Below are positions 21,340-32,222 of a stretch of 32,222 bases of DNA, in pieces. The position numbers were made by a program, and so were the translations under genes. Source of the stretch: Priapulus caudatus (lineage: Eukaryota); contig NW_014577068.1 in assembly GCF_000485595.1 (NCBI RefSeq), positions 775,442 through 807,663 of the forward strand, written 5' to 3'. Each line of letters opens with the position of its first letter. Within the stretch, counting starts at the first letter, position 1. Under the pieces are notes generated by a model that worked only from the letters and a program-made list of their open reading frames with translations, did not search any database and was not told where the DNA came from.

Positions 21340-21794
21340 CTGTGCATAACCACCGAAACATATGACGGCAGACACACAAACTGTCGCACAACGCACCGGT
21401 TTACTCAAGTCATGTTATCGTACTCAATAACTCTGTAATGCTTGTCTTAAGCGCAGGGACCATGTAGCGAGTAGAGATTTAAAAAAATCCGCATAACTTT
21501 CTGCGTCGCTCTTCCCCACGCTACGCAGAATCATGATGGCATCGTCGGTAGGTAGAAATATCGAAAATAGAAGGAAAGGATGACGAAAAGGTCAACGGGT
21601 TTCTCCGGCTCGGTCGATACTGCATCTGCGTTAAAACGCGCTAACTCTCTCTCTCTCTCTCTCGCTCGCCCCCATTCTGCGCGGGGGGGGGGGGTTCTAA
21701 ATTGTATATAGAGCAAGGTTCGAAATTTATCGAAACGAATTAAAACGCGTGTGTGTGGGGGGGGTATGTATGTGTGCGTGCGTGCGTGCGTGCG

Positions 21795-21797
<3 letters not shown>

Positions 21798-21858
<61 letters not shown>
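21798..21858. repeat. (TA)n microsatellite
   Basis: Direct reading; similar tracts at 1-44, 2680-2725 and 9370-9388. Confidence 0.95.
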
Positions 21859-21859
<1 letters not shown>

Positions 21860-22720
21860 CATGCTAGCTGTAGTGTGTACTTTGCTGGCTATATTTCGAT
21901 TTTTAAAACGCGAATGCTTGCAGCTATCGGCGCTACATGCGGCGGTAGCAAATTTGTTCCAAATATCCGTGCCATATTATGAGGTTGGAACACAACCCAA
22001 CGTGTTAGTTGCGTTTGAAAAGCGTTTTATAAACATTTTTCCTTGGTTAGCAATCAACCGTGCATCAATCGATAAATTCTTTTTGAATAGACGCATTTCT
22101 GTCGGCTACAAACTGCGCCGGAACCTCTAAACGCAAGGCTTATTAACATGGCGATAGCTGTTTAATCGAATAAATACAAGTAATCGTGCTCAGTACGATG
22201 CAGAAGGCAATAGAACTTGTCAGCTAAGTAAAGTACACGCACGTAATCTTCTCCTAACCAAAGGAACAAACCACATCACTAGGATCAGTAGATTGCCCTG
22301 GCACTTACTGAATTCCTAAATGCCCGTCTCAGTAATAATAGAACATGGCATGGACGTGTGAGGAGAGTAGCGTAAACTCAAGTAACAGGAAATGAGGAAA
22401 TGGAGAAAGGAAATCGACGTCGAATATAAATATGAGAAATAGAAGGCGATCCTGAGCGATACCATCATAAATATATTTGCTTTATTGTGAGCCCACAAAA
22501 ATGGTCTATATAATTATATATACAAGCTCTTACGCACGCCCATTCACGCACGCGTACGAACATGCACGCGCGCAGCCACCAACACGCGTACGCCTGCACG
22601 CCCTATGTACGTACGTTCGCAAGCAAGCACTCAGACAAACGCCAACTCACAAACGCACACACGCGCACGAAGCCACCAAGACGCGTACGCCCACACGCCC
22701 TATGTACGGTACGTTCGCAC

Positions 22721-22777
22721 CATAGAAATAATATAGATAGGCTATATTATAGATAGTTTATCTATATTATTCCTATG
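22721..22777. mobile_element. 57-bp palindromic P-element-like mini-transposon with 8-bp TSD
   Basis: TIR CATAGAAATAATATAGATAGGCTAT versus the reverse complement of the right end CATAGGAATAATATAGATAAACTAT (22/25). Flanks GTTCGCAC (22713-22720) and ATTCGCAC (22778-22785). The empty site is visible in the upstream paralogous repeat unit (22615-22622). Confidence 0.85.
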
Positions 22778-23237
22778 ATTCGCACGCAAGCACTCATATA
22801 ATCCCCCTCCCCCCACACACACACCCATACCGCACACACGCGCGCGAACACACATAGATCGGTACACTAACACGCGGGCTGTAGTATGTCGTCGATACTG
22901 CCTCCTACTGCACGCCGAGCTTTTACTTTCGGTAGATCTTGTTAGGTGTAGCGTTGTTGCATCCTCCCTCACACGTACGTGCGCGCCGGTCGGCAGAATC
23001 GGATTAGTAACCAGACGCCTAGTAACAGCTCCTTCTAACAAAGTCCTTGCACACATGACGCTTAATAGGGTTTACTATGTGCCATGGCTGCTAGATAAAG
23101 CAGTGTGATGAGTGATGAAGTTTTAAACGTGCAATGTAAATCTTAGGAGCCACAATACAGTTATAGGTAAAAGCAAACAGTCTTCGTTTGCCATTGAGTG
23201 TCCCCCCCCCTTCTCTCCTCGCCCCTTCCGCGCCCTA

Positions 23238-23857
<620 letters not shown>

Positions 23858-24109
23858 AGAGTGCACATCACTATAGGCAGCATGCCAAACTTACGTTCTT
23901 CAAGGCATTATTATCTGTGTGGTGCTTGAAGGTATATCAGCGTTGACATTGCCAATAACCTATCGATGGATAGCAAGTCGACGTCTGCTGCAGCCCTTGA
24001 AAATGTGGTATAGGAGCGCGTATACGAGCTATTGCGCAATGCATTAGCGTAGGCGTTCGCCTGGAGGTATCGCCACACGCCTACGCAAACGCCCACTGCA
24101 CGTGCGCAC

Positions 24110-24420
24110 GCGTTGCCATGACGACGAACAGTTTCTTTCAGATCGGAGATTAGGCGTTTCGGTGGATAGTCGACAGACGATGACGGTAGTCGCACTGGAA
24201 GTAACGAATTATATTCTGAACGTATCACTTGGCTAATCTCTAATGATAGCGGTCGCTGTTCATGGGAAACACGTACCCCTGTAACTCTGTGAAAACAAAT
24301 AATTCTCGTATTCCTGAAATTCCTAATAATAATATCAGGCAACCATTAATTGTGCTATATTTGAGCGAAGAATGTCTTCCTGGTGCAATGAAAGGATCAT
24401 AAAAACGCGTTGTAACACAC
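24110..24420 (-). CDS. Candidate host exons 24420-24344, 24286-24277 (10-nt microexon) and 24194 to ~24110 (GVLQRVFMILSLHQEDILRSNIAQLM-SYR-VRLPSSSVDYPPKRLISDLKETVRRHG)
   Basis: Pyrimidine-rich acceptors (tttatgatcag, ttgttttcacag, gttacttccag). Phases 1-0-1 chain on from the 27401 exon. The first donor (gttgcc) is weak and the last donor is undetermined. Confidence 0.4.
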
Positions 24421-25794
24421 CTGATCATAAAATAAATACAAAAACATGAAAAATGGAAGCTGTTTTTATGGTCACTTCATATAAGATGGTAATATGGTTA
24501 TTGCCAATGTATATCAACGTTATATTTTCTTTAACATTAGAATACCGATATCTCACATGCATAGGCAACCATGAGGCATACTATAAATATATATGTAATA
24601 AATATGTTATATAATGTAATAATATATAAATATGTAATATGTAGACATACAATAAAGTATGCACGTATTAGTGCACTTACTATTTGTCCGTAATATCTTA
24701 TTGACTGTCTCTGTATATCGACCTTTGACTAGCATATGGCTCGGACGAATGAACGGACGCGCACGCACACATGCACGCGCGCGTCCTTGAAAACGACGCA
24801 TTGAAACGGCGGCGGGTGAATGGAATCACAAAACATTGTACGCAACGTCAGTATGTGCAGTTACTACATGTTCCTGATACATACTCGTGGCATACAACGT
24901 CTATAGAAATGCCTTCGCTGCATTATGTTGAGATGAATCACTGCTTAGCTTCTCGACGTAATATATTGAGCGGTACGAGTAGGGTAGATTTCCTTACAAA
25001 GATAATCATGCTCGTCTTCAGAGATCTTTTAACGAAGCAGATAAAGGGATGCCGCGTGGCGCTGACGTCAGAATGACGTCAAACGCCTCATTTAAATTCC
25101 CCTCGTTTTGTTGCGGAATGGACGAGGAGAAGAAATCGCGAAAACTTGACGAAACGAAGTTGCATTCACCGTCGATGTCGTTGGCGGAAAACGATCATAT
25201 ATATGCGCGTAGCAGCGGCACGATAGCAAGATGCGTATCGGTTGTCTTCCCCATACAGACTATCAAGACGAGTGCCGAACCTGAGCCTAACAGCAGATAT
25301 GGGGAAGAGTATAGACGCTCTATAACTGATTATAACCTGTGATTTAGAAGCACTTGTGATTGATTCATCGTGCAACCTTTGAGACGCTGCGAGAGGGGGA
25401 TGACTAGCCCGAAGGATACATCCTATGCATCGCTCTTGTTGCAACGTGCGTGATATATGAGCAGTCACGCAGGCGCTAATATTCAAACGTCAGCTACTTA
25501 TAATATGCCATGTATGATGCCTTTAAGGCTGCAATTCGATGGCGCCCACGCTACTGTACTGAATCCTGCATCTCTTACTGGCGCCTCGTTATGCATTTAT
25601 GGGAATTTCTAGGAACCATGGCCGTTATGCGAAAAAATAGCAATAAGATGATTCCGGAGTACTCAGATGAGTCATGATTGCTCGTAGAGCGGGAGGCAGG
25701 TGCATAAAAAACAAAGAGCAGTGTAGAAAAAACGATCCGGCATAGATGAGTGAGGATTCGAGACTGCGCATTTTTTAGAGGACGAGGGGGTCCG

Positions 25795-26004
25795 TGCGTG
25801 TGTACGTGTACCTGACCGTGTGCGTGGGTGCGCGCGTGTGTGTGTGTTTGGGTGCGCGTGTGCGTGTGCCTGTGCGTGTGCGTGTGTGAGTGAACATTTG
25901 TGTGTGCGTGCGCGCGTGCGTGTGTGCGTACGTGCGTGTGAGCGTGCGTGCGCGTGCGCGCGCGTGTGCAAGCCCGCGCATGTGTCTCTGTATGTGTGTA
26001 TGTG

Positions 26005-26062
<58 letters not shown>

Positions 26063-26253
26063 GTGGTTGCCGTGCTGCGTGTGCGTTGTGTGGAGTGAAG
26101 CATTTGTGTGTGGCGTGCGCGCGTGCGTTGTGTGCGTACGTGGTGTGAGCCGTGCGTGCGCGGTGGCGCGGCGCGTGTGCAAGCTCCGCGGCAGGTGTGT
26201 CTCTGTATGTGTGTATGTTGTGTGTGCGGTGTGTGTGTGTGTGTGTGTGTGTG

Positions 26254-26298
<45 letters not shown>

Positions 26299-26320
26299 GT
26301 GTGTGGTGTGTGTGCGTGCG
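25795..26320. repeat. GT/GC-rich microsatellite with an internal ~205-bp duplication
   Basis: 25886-26058 is repeated from about 26090 with many single-base insertions. Confidence 0.9.
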
Positions 26321-27400
26321 GTATTATGTGAGGAATATTTTTTAATTGTCGTATAGTAATTTTAATTGAGTGTCTACGTCGGTAATACAATTGAGCAAAT
26401 TCTCGTGCAAATTAACTGGCTCCGCATGTAGAAGGGATTTATTCTACATGCGGTAATTTATAATTCGTATGCTTTGATAGAATCTATGCCGAAAGAACAC
26501 ACACAGTTCGCTTTCGACAATAAATAACGCATGTCTAATAGAATAGAATATGTTGCGTGCGCTTATATCGGTTGATATACTAAAATTTCTTCCTCACATC
26601 CATATGCTGAGTAATATGTAAAAATCAATATATCACATCATAGTACAGCATAAAAAGGCATCAGTGTGTACTATCCTGTATGAATGATAACATAACACGA
26701 CAATAACCATGCTCTATATTGGTTTGAAAATTATTATACAGAATATAGACCGCCCTACCAGGGCCGTATGCAGGGGGGGTTATTTGGTTTCTGTAACCCC
26801 CCTTGGTTGATAAAAAAAGAGAAAAAGTACTAGTTTTCAACCGCTCAGTAACCATGTTTTGGACCTTCAGTTGTTTCCTCGGGTCTGGATTACTGCGGTT
26901 AAGCATTGGGATCTATACAAATAAATGTATGTGTGATACTAGAGTGGGTAATAAGCAGGTGTCACCTAGTCGCAAATTTAATGGGTAAAGAGCTTAACTT
27001 TTTGTGTAACCAAAAAATGTAAATGTATAACCCTTTTTTAAGATGAAAGACTCATTGATGGTTAACTACGTGAAACACTGCTAAGCTACTGTAACAGTTT
27101 TTTAGTTACACTATAATTTCCACAAGCGTCACAGTTATTTCCTAGCAATCTAGACTGGATGGATCACCACGCAGCGGAGATCAATTAGTGCATAATTCCC
27201 AACACCAGAGCCGAGTTTGTTACACATCTGCAAGTTTTAATTTGATTGATGTTAATATTGTGATGCGTGATATACCCTGTCTTTTGTCCTGAATGTCAAA
27301 AAACATTGAAAGTGAACTAGATGCCAGAAATAGAGCATCTAAGCCAATGGTTAAACAACGCGCAAAAAAAAATTGGCCGGACTCTTCCCGGCAGACTCAC

Positions 27401-27586
27401 CGCTTTTCGCGGCTGGCGGGCGAAGGCTTCGCATCGCCCTGTTTGATAAGCGCCCCATCTGCCCACCTCTGCGATACGGCCGGCTGCCTACGCGATATCC
27501 GATTCAAATCTACGACTTACCAAAGAATGTTTACCTGATCAAGATCATGGTTTTCTCTGTATTCTGTTAATTCATTTCTCGCCAAC
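27401..27586 (-). CDS. Candidate host exons 27586-27521 and 27438-27401 (LARNELTEYRENHDLDQVNILW-AMRSLRPPAAKS)
   Basis: Strong acceptor ttttcactttcttacgtttag and consensus donors gtaagt (27520) and gtgagt (27400). 82-nt intron, phase-compatible. Confidence 0.45.
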
Positions 27587-27939
27587 CTAAACGTAAGAAA
27601 GTGAAAATAAACCGATAGTCTCGTCACTCTCCTGTGTTTTTACGCCCCCGTGTTTTTTTTTCTATACGGCTGCGGATGGGGGCGGCGGCGGGGGGGGAGG
27701 GGTATTTTCCAACGGCCAGACTCGGCCAACAGCGAAACACACGAATAATAGATTCGCCCACACATAGCTAATTCATCTTGCACGGGATGCGATTAGGTGG
27801 TTGGACTCCATTCTTGGACATATGGAGAGACAATGTACGTATGGGTGCAAATTACGATCGTGTTGTCATAGAAATTGCGAATGTGTAGGCTTGTGCCCCC
27901 CTCTTTCTATCCTCTCCTCTTTCTTTCCTCTCTCGCACA

Positions 27940-27993
27940 GTGTATGTGGTGCGTGGCGTGTGTAAGATGTGTGTATGTGTGTGTGTGGTGTGT

Positions 27994-28028
<35 letters not shown>

Positions 28029-28545
28029 AGGCCGTGTCTGTGTGCGTGTGTGTGTGTGTGTTGTGTGGTGTGTGTCGATATGTGTGCGTGTGTGTCGTGA
28101 TGCGTGTGTGATTGTGTGGTGTGTGTGTGTGTGTGGTGTGTGTGTTGTGTGGTGGTGTGTGTGTGATGTGCTGGTGTGTTGTGTTGTGTGTGTGTGTGGT
28201 GGTGTGTGTGTGTGTGTGCTGTGGTGTGTGTGTGATGCGGTGTGGTTATTTGTTCATATGTGCGCGTGTGTGTGCGTGTGTGTGTTAGTGTGGTGTGGCG
28301 TGTGTGCGTGCGTGTGTGCGTGTGTGTGTGCTTGTGTGTGCGTGTGTGCGTGCGTGGCGTGTGTGGGCGTGTGTGCGTGTGCGTGTATGTGTGTGTGGTG
28401 TGGTGTGATGTGTGTGTTTGTGTGTGGGGAGGGGGGTGCCGCGTGTGTGTGTCTCCTCTCGTGTTATCATCTCGTTATCAATCTCGGCTTATCGATCCGT
28501 TATCCATCTCGGTTATCATCGGTTATCCATCAATCCGTTACATCG
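27940..28545. repeat. Degenerate (GT)n (27940-28450) followed by a noisy ~12-bp repeat (ATCTCGGTTATC)n (28457-28545)
   Basis: Direct reading. Confidence 0.9.
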
Positions 28546-28819
28546 GTGTTCATCATCCTCGATAATCAAGTCGGCCTGAAGGGACGATTCGTCACTATGC
28601 AAACTCCCGAACGCAACTTTAGCAAGTCTATCATTTAGTGAAAGTTGACTAGTAGAGATATCCTGTGTACATCGTGCTTAAAACACCTCGTATTTCTTCA
28701 GGCAAAGCCATTATGCTGTTTACGTATGACGCATGAAATACTGTGAGTGCCAGGCGTTTTTCGATGTCGGTTTGTTGTTCTTTTGTTAGCAGCGCTGGCC
28801 CGAGTACGTTTTCATCGCC
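28542..28819 (-). CDS. Candidate host exons 28819-28742 ([26 protein letters not shown]) and 28662 to ~28542 ([16 protein letters not shown]...)
   Basis: gctaag|...ACA|gtattt, 79-nt intron, acacag|GAT. Both open in phase 0. The donor of the second exon is uncertain. Confidence 0.35.
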
Positions 28820-29140
28820 CTTAGCATAAATGATAAATACAATTGCACCGGTGCATTTACCAGGAAAGTTATTCGGCAAAACATGAGGAAGGCGAAAGAG
28901 AGTAGAGACAGCATTAAGACTTTAGTAGTAAATAGATGTTCGTATTTATTTAAGTCGTTATATTTGATTATTTGAGACGCTCCCGCAAGTGCTGTGACTG
29001 TGAGTGCCAGGGTTTGCGGGTGTCTGTCTGTTTGGCGGTGTTGCTTGTTGTTAGCGCGTGGCGAGTAACGTTTTCATCGCCCACGTTGTTTACGTGGGTA
29101 TAAGACGTGCGGTAGGTAGAGGAACGCATCGGATATCGGA

Positions 29141-29352
29141 TTTACCGTAACCTGCGGCCGTGTACGTATGTATGTCCGTGGAGCATCGCTGTAGTTGCAC
29201 CGAATATACGGCACTTCGCGACTTCGACGCGCAGGCGAAATAACATATAATGGGAACGCTTATACGACATCCCGGAGGTAGCGCATTATTAACAGGCAGC
29301 TATCATCGAGCTTACGTGAACTAATGGCGCTATATAATATATATATATATAC

Positions 29353-29383
<31 letters not shown>

Positions 29384-29555
29384 TATATATAGCGCCATAG
29401 TTCACGTAAGCTCGTATAGCAGCCTGTTAATAATGGCTACCTCGGCGTGTCGTATAAGGTTCCCAGATATGTTATTTGCGTCGAAGTGCGAGTGCGTATA
29501 TCGTTGCAACTAAGCATGCTCACGGACATACATACGTACACGGGAGTACGGTAAA
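29141..29555. repeat. Long imperfect palindrome (190-bp and 164-bp arms) around a (TA)n core at 29331-29391
   Basis: The right arm reverse-complements the left arm throughout. Differences are mostly single-base insertions in the left arm. Confidence 0.9.
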
Positions 29556-30192
29556 GTGCTTATGATAAAAAAAAAACGTTTAATTCCCTTCACATAGATA
29601 TTTCTATGCGCAGGTAAAATATTTTATAAGGCGATTTCCTTCATGAAAACCTGGTTAGCACCCCTGCAATTATTTACTCTCCGATATAACGTTATCCGAT
29701 GGTTCCTCTTATGCCCACGTCTTATTCGCGTCTTACTCTCTCTCACTCATTGCATTACCAAGGCCCTCCGAGAGATGACCCTTCCCACGATTCATAGCGA
29801 TACATTATGCAATATAAACAGCTATAGCTATCTCGAAGATATGGTAACAGAGGTCCCCGGATGCAACTATACATGTCAAAGTCGCACGTTGTTATTTACA
29901 GACTAATCGTGTTCTGATGCTCTTACATAGTGCTTACTCCGACCGGTGTCTTCGCCCCGGGGTTTCATTATCCTGATGTAGGCTCCTATTTCGTCTGCCC
30001 CTACATACATGGCATTTTACGTTGGGGGATTCGTTATTCCAAGTTATGCTATATCTTCTCCTACTCAGCTTCAGTGGCGGGCCCTTCTTTAATTTGGCAG
30101 AGGCAGAAACTCCCTTGCGCGTCTTCAGGGGGATTACCCCCTGTGTCACTCATGGTCCTTCCGGGGGAGTGCCAAGTCACCTTCTTATGTTC

Positions 30193-30291
30193 CTATTCGA
30201 TATTCTATATTCTATATTCTATATTCTATATTCTATATTTAATTCTATATTCTATATTCTATATTCTATATTCTATTTCCTATTCTATATT
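30193..30291. repeat. (TATTCTA)n heptamer
   Basis: Direct reading. Confidence 0.93.
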
Positions 30292-30625
30292 CACCTATCC
30301 AGACGTTCCCACTGCCGAGAGATGGCGTGTTCCCATGTTCCCATGGCCCCCATCTGTTTGAGCTTTCTTACTACCTGCTTCCTATCGCAATTTACGCTGC
30401 GCAGTATGTTTCTCAGTTGGAAGAGTAAAAAAATAAGCTCGGAATAATGAGGAATAGTATGCGTGCTCCAGTATCCTTATAGGATTTCCAAGCTCACTTT
30501 CCCTGCTCCAGATAAAACCGACATTAATAGTTGATATCAACCCACATGTAAGCATGTCAAGCTCTATGAGAATTCTCGTAAGAGCGAGAAACCCACGAAC
30601 GGTAAAAGTAGGTTACATTTACTTA

Positions 30626-30835
30626 CTGTATTCGCCATATTTTTCGCGTAAAGATATTTGCGCGAATTCAGACTTGACGGACAGTTTCGCGAGTGGTTAA
30701 TTTCGCAGTCGGTGAATTATAAATTATTCGGTATTATTCGGTATGAACTATTCACGTGTTGTTATTTTCGCGGTCGAGGACGCGTTCGAGAAATTCGTGA
30801 AAATTAAACCACCATGAAATATACAGCGTATACAG
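30626..30835. mobile_element. 210-bp MITE with TA target duplication (TA|CTGTA...TACAG|TA)
   Basis: TACTGTATTCGC versus the reverse complement of GCGTATACAGTA (11/12). Repeated internal TTTCGCG/CGTGAAA subterminal motifs. Confidence 0.8.
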
Positions 30836-31337
30836 TATGCGAGATCGTAGACCGTCGCCATGCACTCTCAGTTTAGCAAATTAATATTGTGGCCATGTTG
30901 TGTGTAGCGAGAGTCTATGTGACTACTAATACTAATTAACTAGCTTTATAGTTGAATTTGAAATTGATTTCGTTTGTGAGAAACGCAACAGTCTCATGAT
31001 CAGTGTGTTGCACAATACAGATCTATATATCGACGCGAATCGCGTGGCAGTGCTTATTGTACATGATGTGTTTTCATCACACTATACAGGTTTATGAGCA
31101 GCTAAAAAGTAATTCAGTTTTAAATCCGTAGTGGCAAAGAGGTATATAGCGGATTATAATGACGTTGGGTGGTGCGGTGCATATGATGATAGTTATTAGA
31201 TTACCTCGACCCAGACAGGCATTTACTTGGACAGACAACGGAAAATCTCGCTCCATACGCCGTCATAGATGCAGACGGAATGCAACGCAAGCAGAAACGC
31301 ATAAATAATGACGCAGGCTATGAAATTATTTTCTTAC

Positions 31338-31549
31338 CAACCGTATGTGTTCCCGATTCATTAATATTTCGTAAAGTTCTCTGAAATTTTATTCTCTGTT
31401 CCCTCAGTCGTTGTACGCCTCAGCGTCTTTTAAACATATATAACGTATTCCTTGCATGACCTGTTAATGCAAGCGTTCTAGAAGTTTAACTTTACCTTAG
31501 AACCAACCGTGTGTAAGTCCACTGTGCTCTTTCGACTAATAACCGCAGT
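31338..31549 (-). CDS. Candidate host exons 31549-31496 and 31380-31338 (LRLLVERAQWTYTRLVLR-ELYEILMNREHIRL), unidentified protein
   Basis: acaacag|...AG|gtaaag and atttcag|...TTG|gtaaga. 115-nt intron, phase-compatible and open. No homology recognised. Confidence 0.4.
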
Positions 31550-31663
31550 CTGTTGTCATAAAGATAGGTACCATCAGATATCAATTAGTAATAACAAGTG
31601 ATATAATATAGTAAGTGGCATTAGATATCAGTTATCAGAACAAACAAGTGTAACTGTGTGTAA

Positions 31664-31722
31664 CATACATACATGCATGCATACATACATACATACATAC
31701 ATACATACATACATACATACAT

Positions 31723-31820
<98 letters not shown>

Positions 31821-32121
31821 TAAAAAAAAACAACATACACATACACATACACATACACACATACACACATACACACATACACACATCACACACATACCAC
31901 ACATACACTACCATACAGTACATAACATACATACCATACATAACATACATACATACATACATACATACATACATACATACACATACATACATATCATACA
32001 TACATACATACAATAACATACATACATACTTCAACACATACATACATATCATACATACATACATACATTACATACAGCAATACATACATACATACAATAC
32101 GATATAACATATACATACATA
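31664..32121. repeat. (TACA)n/(CA)n compound microsatellite, degenerate after ~31830
   Basis: Direct reading. Confidence 0.95.
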
Positions 32122-32222
32122 AGCACTCAACATACCATGCTGACGGCACGTCCTGTGTTATATAGCCTACTTATTAAGTAATGTGCGCGCACGTCGGTAA
32201 TCCCTATCTCTCTCACAAGCAG

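Noticed and set aside
24047..24086. GCGTAGGCGT...ACGCCTACGC 10-bp inverted repeat
   Set aside because: Short stem in CG/CA-biased sequence with no TSD; plausibly chance.

Overview
Eukaryotic, animal-like genomic DNA that is very rich in repeats; an invertebrate host is my inference. There are three N gaps and signs of noisy long-read patches. The dominant feature is a full-length but dead Ty3/Gypsy LTR retrotransposon (9391-18225, +). It has TG...CA LTRs about 92% identical outside indels, a TAAA target duplication, a tRNA-His-type PBS, a PPT, gag with one CCHC knuckle, a GGGAAAC -1 slippery site and pol in the order PR-RT-RH-IN with about 10 stops and frameshifts. It also carries a 255-bp MITE with a telomere-like core inside gag, a dUTPase-like segment between PR and RT, and about 1.8 kb of unexplained 3' sequence. 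The flanks hold a cluster of Helitron-like non-autonomous elements carrying a (GGATG)n satellite, a 57-bp P-element-like mini-transposon whose empty site is preserved next door, a TA-flanked MITE, a tRNA-SINE fragment and many micro- and minisatellites. A chain of small, mostly phase-compatible minus-strand exons between about 31.5 and 20.7 kb may be an unidentified host gene. Most of the ORF track is spurious translation of simple repeats. No CRISPR array, rRNA or intact tRNA gene was seen. All counts were made by eye.
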